From contig NC_087250.1 of NCBI RefSeq assembly GCF_037042905.1, forward strand, positions 25,732,001 to 25,796,000: a DNA stretch of 64,000 nucleotides, given 5' to 3'. The notes under the pieces are model-generated. The model worked only from the letters and a program-made list of their open reading frames with translations, was not told where the DNA came from and did not search any database. A program made the position numbers and the translations under genes. Source of the DNA: Lytechinus pictus. Taxonomy: Eukaryota. This document shows positions 1 through 13,558 of the stretch, piece by piece; positions within the stretch are counted from its first letter, which is position 1; the number at the start of each line of letters is the position of its first letter.

Positions 1-107
1 ACATTTTGGCCCCTAAACAAGAAAAACATACCCTAAATACGTTTTATCCCGCGTACTGACCAGATTTTCAAAACCACCTTTTTCTTAATGGGTATTGATA
101 CCCTTAA

Positions 108-1085
108 AGGAAAAGTCCACCCCAAACAGGGGTTGATTTGACTTTTTTAAAATCCAACAAGCATTACGCTAAAGATTTCATCAAAATCGCATGTAAAATA
201 AAAAAGTTAAGACATTTTAACGTTTTGCTTATTTTTTTCAAAACAGTTTTAAGCACATCCCGGTGGGTATGTAAATAAGGAGACTGATGACGTCATCCGC
301 TCACTAATTCTTTCGTATCTTATCATATGAAATAGGGAATATTATATTTTTCTCCTCATTGTCAAGTGAAACAACGATTAATTCCTCCCTGAACAATGTA
401 GAATGAGCATTGCTTAAAGTGATTGTTTAACATTGATTTGACTTTTTAAAAATCTGAGCTAGAAGGTCACACTTGTCCCCTGTGTCTGTGATATGTTACA
501 AAAATGAAGCCCAGAAAAAATTGCATTCGAATATAATTATTAAGTGCTTCAAAAATTGAAATATAAAGTGACCGGAAACACCACCTTAATTTCATCCCAT
601 ATACTTATGTGTACTATTTAGACGTCTATTAGACGCCTACTTACAAAATCGGGGTTTGCCTTGTAGTTTTAGCTTTTCATTCTCAATAATGGTTGTTTTC
701 AGGGTTTATTAGTTCTAATACATGCACTTGTACACATGTTTCATCTTGGTTTAATAATTTTTTAAATCAGCTGCTCACAAAGTTAAACAATACCTTTAAT
801 GATATATTAAGTCAAGTTGGTCCTTATTGTCATCTCTATAAAAATGAAATATTGTATAATTCAAAAAATAAAAAAGCAAAGGAAATCGTGATTGAGTGAG
901 TGACATCATCGACTGTCTTATTTGAGTTGTGCATATCACTGTTTTGTGAAAAATAAGCAAAAATTTAAATGTCATAACTTTTTTATTTTACATCCGATTG
1001 TGATGAAATTTTCAGCGTTGTGCTAGTTTGAATTTTTCTATTTATTAAGATCATCATTTTTTTTTGGGGGGGGGTGAACTTGATC
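108..1085. mobile_element. Non-autonomous TTAA-targeting DNA transposon (MITE, Kolobok-like) with long inverted arms
   Basis: TTAA at 104-107 and 1086-1089; termini AGGAAAAGTCCACC / GGTGAACTTGATCT; inverted arms (TTTCATCAAAATCG ~177 vs CGATTGTGATGAAA ~995); second copy at 7618-8217. Confidence 0.75.
418..795. mobile_element. TTAA MITE nested in the 108-1085 element
   Basis: TTAA at 414-417 and 796-799; imperfect TIR AGTGATTGTTTAAC / GTTAAACAATACCT; absent from the paralogue at 7618-8217. Confidence 0.75.
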
Positions 1086-2440
1086 TTAACTAAAGAGTGC
1101 ATGCATGGCCCTCGTCCAAAACTGAAAAAAAACGCCCCCTTTAAACGCGTTTTTTTTTTGTCACGCGTGTGTACAGCTATGTATTTGACTGGCCCCTGGG
1201 CACCAGTCTCCCCCCTTCCACCCTCTCCTCTCTCTCTCTATCTCTCTCTCTCTCCATGGCAGAAAAAATATTTTTGCTGGTTTGAGGAAAATCAATCCAA
1301 GATTATCAACAGACAAATTATTTCAAAAACTCACCTGAAAGCAAAAATATATAAATAGTTATATACTAGTAATATATCTTTTCTTACTCAATATCCTATA
1401 GACATGTCTTTGGAGAATGTACATTTATTGCTCTCCTTCTTAGCTAAAATTCTGAATAGACCCATATACTTCGTTCTTGATAACGAAGAGATGAAATGAC
1501 AGAGTAGATCATAAAGTCAAACAGGCATTTTGGGCATATTCTTATTTGTAAACATTTCCCTGCATTCTTAACTTGAATAATCCCTTAAAAAAAACAGAAT
1601 TTCCAATCGCTAACTTTAAAACTAGAAATGACGCTTCTTTAATCACTGACTATTTTTAATGCTAACTGGTTCGTTTCTAAATTTAATGAAAAGAACTCAC
1701 AAACCTTTGACAAACATCGTAAATCTTATGTAAACATAAAAATATTCAATGACAATTTGCACGGTAAAACCGATTTACGCTAATTTAAATGCCAAGAACA
1801 TTGAATAAAATGAAAATTTAGCGAATTCGCCGGGAAATACTAAATTATATTTGAGTATTGTACTAGTATTTTAAAACCTATCTGAATATTACATCTTTGC
1901 ATTTTTTTTCATTTTTTTTTTTTTTGATGTGAGAATATTTGCTCCCTAGCAGCGAGCTGTTTTTAAAGCCTCCGTTAAACGCCGAGTCTCGCCCCTCCAG
2001 TTTTTCACTCCTATGAGTTTCAACGATTAAAAAAAATCCGCAAGGATTGTAGTGTGTGTGTATCAGATGTGTTTCAATCAGATATGATTATTTACGTCTG
2101 GGACCTACCTTTATGTCACCATCCGAAAGACGTGACCAGGGCTCGAACCTCGGCATCAATTTGTAACTTCACCCACATAGCTTTGGATTACAGGCGCACG
2201 CCACAAGGATAGATAGATAAATGGATTTTATTAAAAACATCATGTCTCGCAGTAAAAACTGAAATGAAACATGAATTACAGATAAAAACAATTACAAGAC
2301 AATATACAGTATTAACGTAGGAATTTAAATTAAAGGGTCACTCTCGCAGTGAACTTAACTAGGCTAGCCTAACAACGCCCAGTTGTAGACTGTGACCAAA
2401 GTATGTGTAGGATGCAATGAACGTGTTCTTTGAGTATTAT

Positions 2441-2730
2441 AGACCACATCCAGTGGTGGTCCTCCAAAATGGATACAATTTTGTTACGACTAAATGTCGT
2501 CCGTCAACAAAAGACGGAGCTTCTCTTTCATATAAAATATATAGTCAGGGTATATCCTAGTTAGGAATTTAAGTTTTACTTATATGAAAAATAACTTCAA
2601 AATTATTACATCATATGTTTTTGGTTCATTATAAAAATTGAAAAATAAGGTCTGTTATATGATGTTCATTGTTCATTACTGACATAATTGTAATTTTTTT
2701 TCATGAGTATACATTTTTTTATAATCGATT
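2441..2730 (-). repeat. Tripartite module copy
   Basis: AATCGATT 2723-2730; CTAACTAG (minus) ~2557-2564; ATTTTGG (minus) then stem-loop AGACCA..TGGTCC 2441-2462; shorter tandem paralogue at 3090-3320. Confidence 0.6.
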
Positions 2731-4069
2731 ATGATGACAAATTGTATTTCTATTTTTATATGCGAATAGTGACAGTGGTACAATCCCAAACCGTTATTAT
2801 GATAACAGTGTTATTCGCAGACTCGTACCTGTCACAAGTTTCATTCTAGCTTATTACTGGTATGTTTAAATCTATCACAAAGTAAGATTTTTTTGTATTG
2901 AAGAGATCCAATATTTTGCTCGTTCACTTCGCTCACTGACAGCTACCTAAAAAGCCTCATATTTTCAGCCCGGACCATCCCTTTATAATAATCCCAAAAC
3001 GGTTGTAATCTGTGACCGTCCACACTTGAGCAGGTTTAAGAGGAAAGCTATATAATGAAAATGTACTTTCTTTCTTATTTAGTATAATAAACCACCTGTC
3101 GGTGATGGTCTTACACAACTTATTCAATTTTATTGCGACCAAAAGTTGTCCGTCCACATGAACAGTGTAGTCTCATGTCTTTATATAATATATAGGTATT
3201 GTATATTCTAGCTATTAATATAAATTTGTAGGTAAATACAAAAACTAGAAGAAATGTGCATCATATGTTTTTGCTTTAGATTGTAGTTTTTATTAATTCA
3301 TTTTTTTCTAACTATCGATTTGTGATTATTACTGACACAAGTATCAGTATAGTTTTTTCATTAGTTATTTCCTTTTACAATGCGAGTAATGATAATAATC
3401 CAATCCAAAAATCGGTTAGTATGATAACAGTGTCATTCGCAGACTCAGTGTCATCATCGGACACAGGTTTAGTTCTAGTTGTTTAATTTTGTGCATATAA
3501 GAATGCATTCATACAGAGCAAAGCTCTCCCTTTTTATTAGTTCCAGTTGGACGATCTCTTCGTATAAGCTAATAGAAAAAAGCTGTCCCATGAAGACGCC
3601 AGCTTCATGTTTCAATATAAAAAGTCTGGTAAATAGAAAAGGGGACATATGAAGTTCACTGCAGTCATGGAGAGGTGCACTCCGCCTCAACAAAATCCTG
3701 TCAAACAGACTGATTCTCTCTTTTAAGAGAGAAACATTACATGACAGAAACTTAAGTTTTATCTACGGATATGTGACATATCGTACATATTTCAAGAACA
3801 CGATGACTTCGATACGAACTGCCTTCGCAGAATGCTTTGTGCTAAATTGAATGGCATAAAACAGTTAAAGATGACTTTCATCTAACTGCTGTATCAATCA
3901 ACCCATCCAGTGGAATCCCCAATCGAGATGAACTGACATTTATTATTTAAGACCCTGATGGTAAAGGTTTATCAAGCTAGAGGAAGATGGCTGCCTCTGA
4001 GTTTGGCGAAGCGGCAATACTCAAGAAGACATGTGAAGTACTGCATTGGTAAAGATATTATGTTGAAAG

Positions 4070-4379
4070 ATTCTGAAGTCAGGTTTAAGTTAGACCATGC
4101 ATGGTCTAACTCTGTGCTAAAATTATGGGAAGCCAGAAGTGTCAACATTGTTATTAAGTTGTATGTTTCTTATGTTTACTGTGCTCTCTCCTGATTTGTC
4201 GATGGTGAAGACAATCATCTCTTTATACTTCCTTGACAATTATGAAAGAGTTGAGAACCAAATGGGCTGAAATATTGTATCTTTTCTGTTAGTGATTTAT
4301 GTAACAATTGGCTGGCAATACTTTAAAACACAGCTTTAAACCTGAGTTTAAGTTAAACCCGACTTCAGAATACGGGCCA
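4070..4379. mobile_element. MITE (Harbinger-like), left end truncated
   Basis: TTCTGAAGTCAGGTTTAA ... TTAAACCCGACTTCAGAATACGGGCCA inverted termini; homologous to 9884-10207. Confidence 0.65.
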
Positions 4380-6878
4380 TGTAATCCTTTAATGAAGTCC
4401 AATGCTCAAAATTCGTTGTTAGAAGTACGTGGAGTAAATTGTTCGTTGTGGAACTATAGAACATCCCAGTCTGACTTTTTAAAAGTCTACTTTATACGCA
4501 AAATAAAACATCAGATGGTTTATCTATGGGTTTATTTATGAGAAGTTTTGACATATTGGGACAGTCTGACCAGCATAATAGAGAAAAACACAGGACATCC
4601 CATTTTCAGCAGAATGTTTTAACTTCATGTTGCAAGAGAACACTCACTATTGTAATCAAGATTGTGTTCGGCGGGGAACATAACTTCACCTAAAAATATG
4701 TAATCTAATGCCATTGATTGTTAAAAAGGAAAAGATTACAGAGTTACATGTTTTATCCTCGTTTTACCATAAGGATCGATCAGCCCATAGAAACCAATGT
4801 ATCGGGCCATCAAAATTTCATTTTGTTAAAGTCAAATCGAATTGAAACTAAATGGATATTGAGGACAAAGTAGTATATCAAGTTTGTAAAATATTTTCTA
4901 GTTGATATTCTTAGTCATAAAACTTTTATTTAATTGATATTTTTATTAAAAGCATTTTTTAAGCAGGTTGGATTTTAAACATTTAATATTACAAGTGAAA
5001 TACACTATAGTAGACTTGTTAACTGCAAAAAAAGGGGTGAACGCTGCATTTTTTAGTACAAATGTCCCACTTGGCACAAATGTTCCTTGAGTCAAAAGAA
5101 AAAGATTCATCCAAAGAGACACGCTGTATCTATGCAAATAAGCAAGTAATTTGCATAAATTTGCATATTAGGTCGATATAGTGGAAACAAGTATTTAAGA
5201 ATATATATTTAACCAGAACTGCCCTAAAATTTGAAATAAAGACTTAGGGTAAAAAAGGGAAGAAAATTGACATAAAATGATTGGGATATCCTTGTTTATT
5301 ATTACCTAATTTACATGAATTATGCAAATTATAATTTATAACAAAGTATTTTTTCATGAATCCTGAACTGTTTCATAAATAACAGCAATTAATACACAAT
5401 GTCAACATTCTACATGAAAGAGAATATATTAGGGAAAACATCGATATGCTTCATGACAGTATTAGTGTCTTAAATTTGCTTAGAAAGAGGGCAAATATGT
5501 CAAAATGTATGACGTGATATTGCGCTAAAACGAGACCAAAACAACCTCTACGTCACAGTCACACTCACGAATAGGACAATAAAGCGACCAATGGTATGTC
5601 ATTCGAGATAACACAATCTCAACACATTAGCTTCCATCGGCTTCTCGTATCGCTTTTGTTGGTGTGTCTGCCACACCGTAATCTATGGTATATACGGACA
5701 AAATGTATTTCGGTATCGGTAAAACACTATTAATTTTGTTTTATTTGTTTCTAATTTGTTTCTCTTGGAAAATTTACAGGAGACATTGCTTTGCAGGTTA
5801 CTGCTTTAATGAAACTCTGGCACATGAATCATGACGAATGTACCCCAACTCAATCCATATTTTAATTTTGTTAAATTATATATCTTTTGGAGACCCCGAA
5901 GTGGCAAAACTGCATTCCCCGCGGCATTCCCGCTACTTTACAAAACCAGTTTGACTTGTATTATCGACTTGGAAAAGACAGATGTATGAGACATCAGTCA
6001 ACATGTTTCCTATAGAAAGTTTTTTGTTTATTTAAGCCTACGCCAACGGGAGCCCTTTGAATTTACCCCATCCTCTCTCCGTATTTTGACTTTAAACTCT
6101 GTTTGCGGATAATGATACAGATTTTTACACCCCCCCCTTTCTCCCATCCCCTCTCCCTACTTAGTCTAAAACCATAGTTTCCAGAGCATTTACAATTCAT
6201 CAGCTTAATTCAATTCCTTTCAAATTATGTGGGCCGATGTCATTTATTTATTTGTTATGTTTATTTGTAATTTATTTTGTTGGGGACCATAATCATTATT
6301 ATCATTATTATCAATATTATTACATTTTTATATTATTATTATATTAAAAAATCTGAATTTGAATGTCAATCGGAAGAAATAAGAAATGAAATTGATTGGA
6401 CAAACGATAAAAAACTTCTTATTTTGGTTTGATTTTGAAAACATAATAACCGTTTAGGTTACACAGAATCAAATTTGAAAATTTGTAAGCTCCTCGCAGG
6501 GGGGGGGGGGGGGCACATGATGATAAAATAGTGGTAATTCTGCATGGTCAGGGAGAAAACGCCAATGATAACCATTGTTATACCGTTCCAGTAAATCCAA
6601 AAATTGCTTTAGATCACTAAAAGTTTTTCAACATCACCTCAAAACACTCTTACGCACCCCCCCCCCCCTCTCTGTGGTATTAGTTAGAAAAATCAATAAT
6701 GGTGTTATTTTCATCATCGATATTACCATCATTATTCATGAGAAATGCACTGTAGTGGAAATATATATGCATTGTAATTTGTTCGAGGTAAAATCTTATT
6801 TTTCCTGGAATGTTGGAGCAGGTAGTTATCTCTGGGTTATTTGTTATAACACACAACACAAAATAGCAAATATCATGT

Positions 6879-7184
6879 GATCGATTATTTATTTTAACGA
6901 CCGTTTCCATCCAGAAATATCCAAACACCGACTTAAAAAAAGTTAATTAAATGTATTGGATTTTTTAAATAAAACTAACATATGAAAAAAAAATTATAAA
7001 AAATTGCCCTGTAAGATATAGATGAATAAAGATTCATAGACTAACAATTTATTAACTAGAACATATTTTACAAATAAAAATTACTGATAAGCAATTGCCA
7101 TTTTGTTGATCTTAACAATGAAGATTTAATTTTAAATTTGATTTCCAACTTTTGGCAGACCAAAGATTTACATTTTCTTGGTCT
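6879..7184 (+). repeat. Tripartite module copy
   Basis: GATCGATT 6879; TTAACTAGAA ~7052; ACTTTTGG then AGACCAA..TTGGTCT 7157-7184. Confidence 0.65.
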
Positions 7185-7617
7185 AATATCTTACCTATGC
7201 CTGTAAACCTTTCAACTGATTCCCGCAGTATGTTTTCACCTACCCTGAAAGCGGAAAATTTCGAGATATTTCGACTTTAGGTTTGGGAACTAAAAAATCC
7301 AGAAAATCCTAATATTACAACTAACAGCAAATAACGTACTAACTGTCAATATCCATGTTCCATGTGTATTTACATATTTTTTTTTACCTCGATACGTACA
7401 TTTCCGCTCGTGCTCCGTGAAATTCTGGATTCAGTTTCGGGAAATTTGTTTTGGATCTACGGAAACACTGTGATATCGTAATGGGTGTTACCATGGTGAT
7501 AATAGCCATGAATTAAAGACAACACCATCATTCACTTCATATCTTTGATGTGAATAGAAATCACCCATGAACAAATTGCAATACAGTCAGTCAGCAGGCC
7601 TTTAAAAAAAATCTTAA

Positions 7618-8217
7618 AGCTAAAGTCCACTTCAGAATTTTTTTTTATTTGAATCAATAGAGAGAAATCAGACAAGCATATTTCTGAAAATTTCATCAAA
7701 ATCGGATGTGAAATAAGAAAGTTATGATATTCTAAAGTTTCGCTTATTTTTCACAAAATAGTTATAGGCACAATTTAGCCACAAGCAAATGAGGGAATCG
7801 ATGATGTCCCTCACTCACTATTTCTAATGTTTTTCTTTGTTTGAATTATACGATATTTCAATTTTTACAGATTTGACAATAAGGACCGACTTCGCTGAAC
7901 CATAACATGTTAAACAATGGTAATGCCACATGTTCAGGGACAAATAAAACTTTGTTTCACAGGACAATGATGAGAAAATTAGAATATGTCATATTTCAAA
8001 TCATATAATACAAAAGAAACAGTTAGTGAGTGATGTCATCAGTTCCCTCATTTGCATACTGACCGGATGTGCATATAACTATTTTGTAAATTTAATGAAA
8101 CTTCAAAATGTCATAACTTTCTTACTTTACATCCGATTGGGATGAAATTTTCAGTGTTATGCTTGATGAATTTTTCATTTTTATTTGATTCTACATTGTG
8201 TTGAGATGGACTTGTCC
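7618..8217. mobile_element. TTAA MITE, same family as 108-1085
   Basis: TTAA flanks 7614-7617 and 8218-8221; AAGTCCAC / TGGACTTGTCC termini; long inverted arms. Confidence 0.75.
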
Positions 8218-8231
8218 TTAAATTTATTTCG

Positions 8232-9160
8232 GTGATATTCGTGACTGTAGAAGTTTTCCATATCTAATGAGCTTTAATAAGGTAGGTGTTGACCAAACAA
8301 CACTCTTAATTCGGTCATTACTACTCTAAAACATAGATCAAATTTCATAATTTTGGTACCATTGTAAAAAGGTAGAACCATTCTGTCATTGAATTTATAG
8401 TTTAAAAAATGTGACGTAGGTGAAACTTTTGATCTAAAACATGCTACAAAATATTAATTTTCACTAGACAAAAGCTGTTATTTTTTACACTTTATTTCTG
8501 TTCGAGCAAATATGATTTATGAATCACGATAAAGCTGAATATCTAATCTTTAATTAAATATACTATTGGTTATAAGAAGAGGTGTTGAAAGACAGTCAGC
8601 ATCCACCTATTGGAGAGCCACGTATATTTCACAGCTTACAAGCAAGAATGCTGCGCTCTGATTGGTCAAAGAGAAAACACACAAACCCACATTCAAAAGG
8701 ATTCCACTCCAGGTCCTATCCAAGGTGACACTCGCCATCTGGTAATCTCTTTAATTTGCTCGGGCATGTTGTTGTGAAACATTATCCAGCCAATCAGAAC
8801 TCTTGATTTCATGCTATTCAGAAATAAAAAAAATACCGGGTTTATCGTCTCGTATCTTAACGTTAATTGTTGGATCCTTGACCCATTTCCAAGTGCAACA
8901 TATCAAGAGTGACATTGTGAGGAAGTCCAGAGAATGAGCTTTATGATAATATAATTTTTTTTTTTGGCTGCGGCAAATAAAAAGTTTCGTACAATTTGCA
9001 AGAGAAAACAGAGGGAAGAAAAATCCATTTTGAGACGTTTTTTAAAGCCTAAAATTAACTTGTTTATGAAATTTTTTCATTCAAAATAAATGACTATTAT
9101 AGGAAATAAGCATTTACTCTTTCCGATAATGCAAGAATTTTTTTATTTCACTTGAAGATA
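8232..9160. repeat. Unclassified dispersed repeat, second copy at ~21223-22110
   Basis: Colinear blocks GTGATATTC.TGACT, CTCTGATT.GTCAAAGAG, CCAGCCAATCAGAACTCT and ACATATCAAGAGTG shared by both copies. Confidence 0.65.
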
Positions 9161-9425
9161 AAGTCGTTCTTAAAGTCGCTCTTAACTTACGAACAGAGAT
9201 TAATAAAACTGCGCCTTGTTATGACTCTCAGAATGATGGTAACAATTAGAGATAAATCCCATCACCATTTTTGCAAATACAAATGTGTATAGACTATCGT
9301 GCAGCTGAGACTAAGTTTAGAACCAGCCGGTCCGTTGTCATGGCATCATGACGTCACACTTCGGTACTCTATGATATGACATGACACAACAACGCGAAGT
9401 TATTATAGACAGCAAATAAATATGT

Positions 9426-9736
9426 AATCGAATATATAGTAATCATACGCTTTTCAATTTCTTTTCAATTATATCCACACACCAAGTTTTGGTAAATACT
9501 TTCGATGCAATCGCAAAGCAATGTATCATTTTTTTAAATCCCTTAATTAGAAAAAAAATTATGAAACATTGCGCTAAAAAGTATTAAAAAAAATAATCTT
9601 TACAGGCCGACATTTCGTAAACTAGAATAAAATTTCAATTTTTTTTTTTTTTTTCAGCATCTCATTCAAGTCAATTCCTACAATAATTTGATAAAAAACA
9701 AATTTTGGCAGACCAGGAGATATGATCTCTTTGGTC
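9426..9736 (+). repeat. Tripartite module copy
   Basis: AATCGAAT 9426; TAAACTAGAA ~9618; AAATTTTGG then GACCAGGAGAT..ATCTCTTTGGTC 9711-9736. Confidence 0.65.
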
Positions 9737-9883
9737 CCTTGTATACCAAATACTACTAATCATTTCATGGCTGTAATATTAATACCATGTGAATTCAAAG
9801 TGGAGTATAAGTGGAAAATTGATATCCGGGAAACCTGAAAGTTGTCTAAATCACCCACACTGTTGCAACGTCACCAAACACAT

Positions 9884-10207
9884 TGGTCCGTATTCTTATG
9901 TCAGGCTTAACTTAGACCATGGTCTAACTTTGTACTAAAATTATGGGGAGCCAAAAAATTCAAAAATTAAGTTTATATTGTATATTCCTTATGTTTACTA
10001 TTTTGTTTCCCTTGGCTTTCATAATGAAGAAAAATACTTCGGTTATCATTCATAGACAATTATGAACAATTTGGGTGTCAAATGAGATAATAAATTGAAT
10101 TTGTACTGTTAGGGATTTGTGCCACTATTGGCTTTCCATAGTTAACCCACAACTTTACATATTTTAAACCAGGGTTTAATTTAAACCCGAGTTCAGAATG
10201 CGGGCCA
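9884..10207. mobile_element. MITE (Harbinger-like)
   Basis: TIR TGGTCCGTATTCT / AGAATGCGGGCCA; homologous to 4070-4379. Confidence 0.7.
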
Positions 10208-10735
10208 CTAAGTTTACGAATAATGATCCTTATTTGTACCCTCCATTAATCATCTTTATCCCCTTCCGCTCTCTCATATTAGTGAAAAAACATAGTTACA
10301 GTTTTCATAGCAATGACAAATCATCAGCTTAATTTTTATTGTCTTTCAAAATCTTTGTGCCGATGTCATTTATTTATTTGTTACGTTTATTTGTCATTTA
10401 TTTTGTTGGGGACCAAAATAATTATCATCATTGTTATTATTATTATTATCATTATTGCTATTATTTAATGCTATTATTATCATTGTTAATATTGTTGTTA
10501 GTCTCATTATTAACATCATCATCACTATTATTATCATTATTATTATTATCATCATTTCATCATCCTTATTATTATCAGTATCATTAAGAATATCTAATAT
10601 AAAGTTATTGCAGTAAACAGATAAATATTTTGTTTGAGGTAAAACCTTGTTGTCTAGACTATAGACTATCTACCTACTTTGTGATTACTTATGGTAATAT
10701 AACACACAAAACAAAAAGACGCCAAATAGTTTTGT

Positions 10736-11042
10736 AATCGATTACACTATTTGAAAAACTATTTCTATAGGGAACTACCCAGACACTAATTTATGGAAAG
10801 TTGGTTTAAATTTCTCCTTTTCTCAAATACCTTCATATTAAATGAAAATATTTTTATTGAAAATAAACATTGCCTTTCAAAATAGAATAAACGAAAAAGA
10901 ATGATTGCCCGATACGATTAAACTAGATTATATTTTACACATAAAATATATTCATGATCCTACCTCACACTAGCCGGGTACGCTATCGATTTTATTTTTA
11001 AACAATAAATTTTGGCAGACCAGAAATTGTATTTCTTTGGTC
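10736..11042 (+). repeat. Tripartite module copy
   Basis: AATCGATT 10736; TAAACTAGA ~10919; AAATTTTGG then GACCAGAAAT..ATTTCTTTGGTC 11018-11042. Confidence 0.7.
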
Positions 11043-11394
11043 CAACGTCTTTTCATATAACCTTTCATTTGGGTCCCGGAAAGGGGTCTTAATCTATACC
11101 CACACTGAATATAAATGTGTTCATTATTATACATATTTTCACTACTGCAAATAAATTCATATTTATAAGTCTATTCATTATTGTAATTATGTTCATTTTT
11201 ATACGCATATTTATTGTTGTACATATGTTCATTTTTATCATTTTCCGCATCCACCGGCTGCGCCACCCCTTTAACTGCAAACATAATGTGCTGTAGTTTT
11301 TGTTGCTGATATTGTTTATGGTTACTTATGGTAATATGACACTTACTTACTTATGGTAATATAACAAAACAAAATAAAGAGCCAATAATGATGT

Positions 11395-12510
11395 AATTGA
11401 TTGCACTATTTGACAAAACTATTTTGGAACGGGAATACCCAGACACAAATTTATGGAAAGGGTTTTTACAATTTCTCCTTTTCCCAATACCTACATATTA
11501 AATAAAACCATTTGTTCTTTAAAAATAAACTTTGCCTTAGAATGGTGAGTAAAAACAAAGAATAATTGACCGACACGATTAAATTGGAATATACAGTGCG
11601 TACCACAAAAAACGAAACCGAGATTTAGCGATGATTTATCATAACTTAATCATAAAAACAATAGACAAATTACCTACCAACGTAAAGCTTATAATCTCCT
11701 CTTTCATCTGATACTACTTAGATTATTCCTCATTCATGCATGAGTGAGCAAAAACAATTCGAAGAAAGGATGTCAAAAACTCATTTGGCGGGGGGTATCT
11801 GAATTTTAAACAGAAAGTCACATGACTAATAAGTTCAATATTTGCTTTTGATTTGATACCTTAATCACAGAAAATGGTCAAGAAATAAAAAAGTTATGTT
11901 CCCTCGAAACAATGCTTGTATTTCCATAATTTCATTAAATAAACGTGTTTTCACCGGTTTCCCACAGAAGCTATCGCACGGTAACAAAATACTTAATGCA
12001 TGGCTGATCGTCGACAAAACGGAGTGTCGAGTGAGTCTGGCCGCTAGCTTGTAAAACCTCTTCATTTCATGAAATTATTGAAGATCAAGCCTTGTTTCAA
12101 ATAACCAGAACTTTCTTATTTCTTGACCATTTCCTTTAATTGAGGTGTCAAATAAAAGAGCAGATATTGAACTTTTTAGGCATGTGATTTTCTTTTTTAG
12201 ATTCAGATAGGCCCCGCCAAATGACTTTTTGGTATCCCCTCTTCAAATTGTTTTTGCTTACTCATGCGTGAAAGAGAAATAATCTAAGTAATTTCAGATG
12301 AAAGAGGAGATTCTAAGCTTTACAATGGTAGGTCATTTGTCTATTGTATTTGTGATTAAGTTATGATAAATCATCGATAAATCTCGGTTTCATTTTTTCT
12401 GGGACGCACTGTATATTACAAATAAAACATACTGATAAAATTGCGCCGCAAGGTTCGTGTATTTTCAAACATCAAGCTTTTGCAGACCGAGAATTGTTGC
12501 TTCTGTGGGC
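11395..12510 (+). repeat. Tripartite module copy split by a Tc1-like MITE
   Basis: AATTGATT 11395; TAAATTGGA ~11580; MITE 11594-12411; TTTTGCA then GACC..GGGC 12485-12510; removing the MITE restores the ~265-bp spacing. Confidence 0.6.
11594..12411. mobile_element. Tc1/mariner-type MITE
   Basis: TA flanks (11592-11593, 12412-12413); CAGTGCGT / ACGCACTG termini; ~300-bp inverted arms. Confidence 0.85.
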
Positions 12511-12851
12511 CAATGTTAACTTCTTTCGGGTTTTATATCTTTACTCACCTTGCTAATAAATATTTTCATTCTTATACACATATTCCTTACTGTAAATAAA
12601 TTCATGTACATATACTTATTCATTATTCTAAATGTGTTCTTTATACGCATATTTATCAGTTGTAAATATGTTCATTTTTACCAACAAATTCTTTATTGTA
12701 AACAAGTTCATTTTTATACACAAATTCTTCTTTTGGAAACAGTACGGGCATCCGTCTGGTGTATTGTAAATACGTTCATTTTTTTTTTATACGCAAATTC
12801 AAAGGAACTATTTTCTAGGTGGACTTGACCTTTGAATAAGGAAAATTAGAT

Positions 12852-13110
12852 AATCGATTACGCAGCCGATATAACTCTCCTTTGGTGTTTTGATTTCATT
12901 TGTTGTTTTACATCAGTTCAAAGTAGTACCTACCTAAATCATTGGTTTTTCCTCGTTATATATTCTGCAATTAATATAACTAGCACAAAAACCCTTATTG
13001 ATAATATATAATTAACATGCTAATTAATGTTATAAAATATAATTTTATATTTAAAAAATTGATATATTTTTGCACTTAAGTTGCTATATAGTTATGCGTG
13101 GTGCGATTCC
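12852..13110 (+). repeat. Tripartite module copy with degenerate hairpin
   Basis: TAATCGATTA 12851-12860; TTAACATGCTAA ~13012; weak GCAC..GTGC. Confidence 0.45.
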
Positions 13111-13258
13111 GGGAATAATTACTGTTCAGGTGGATTGTACTCCGTCAGTCAAATACACTACAAGGATAAGACTGGACAGTTCATAGAGCGCGCAAAAGCG
13201 CCCTCAAACGTTGAGTAAGTAAAGGACATTGTAATGCATTAGAATATGTAAATTAGAC

Positions 13259-13558
13259 AATCGATTAAAATATATTTTAAAAAATCCGAACTGTTTTAAT
13301 TTGTTCACCCCCCACAAAAAAAATTATCAATATACTAAGCTACGAAATTTATTGATTCATCATTTCGTGTAAATTTTTCACCGAAAAGGGCAAAAATAAA
13401 TAATATTTTCCTTCAAAAAGTAATTCGATACAATTAACTTGTTAATTTAAATATTTTTAATGGTATTACCGCAAACCCTGTACAGCACTTAATTATCATA
13501 CTTTGCATTTCATTTGAAATGAAATTTTGAAAGACACCGACATACATATGTGGTGTCT
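13259..13558 (+). repeat. Tripartite module copy
   Basis: AATCGATT 13259; TTAACTTG ~13434; AAATTTTGA then AGACACC..GGTGTCT 13532-13558; paralogue of 39595-39894. Confidence 0.7.

Noticed and set aside
3490..3960. Possible decayed LINE endonuclease (LIRRDRPTG on minus)
   Set aside because: Only one short motif among stops; too weak to call
10339..10616. Hydrophobic low-complexity ORFs (also the His/Met-rich ORFs at 28726-29115)
   Set aside because: Translations of (ATT)n and (CAT)n microsatellite tracts
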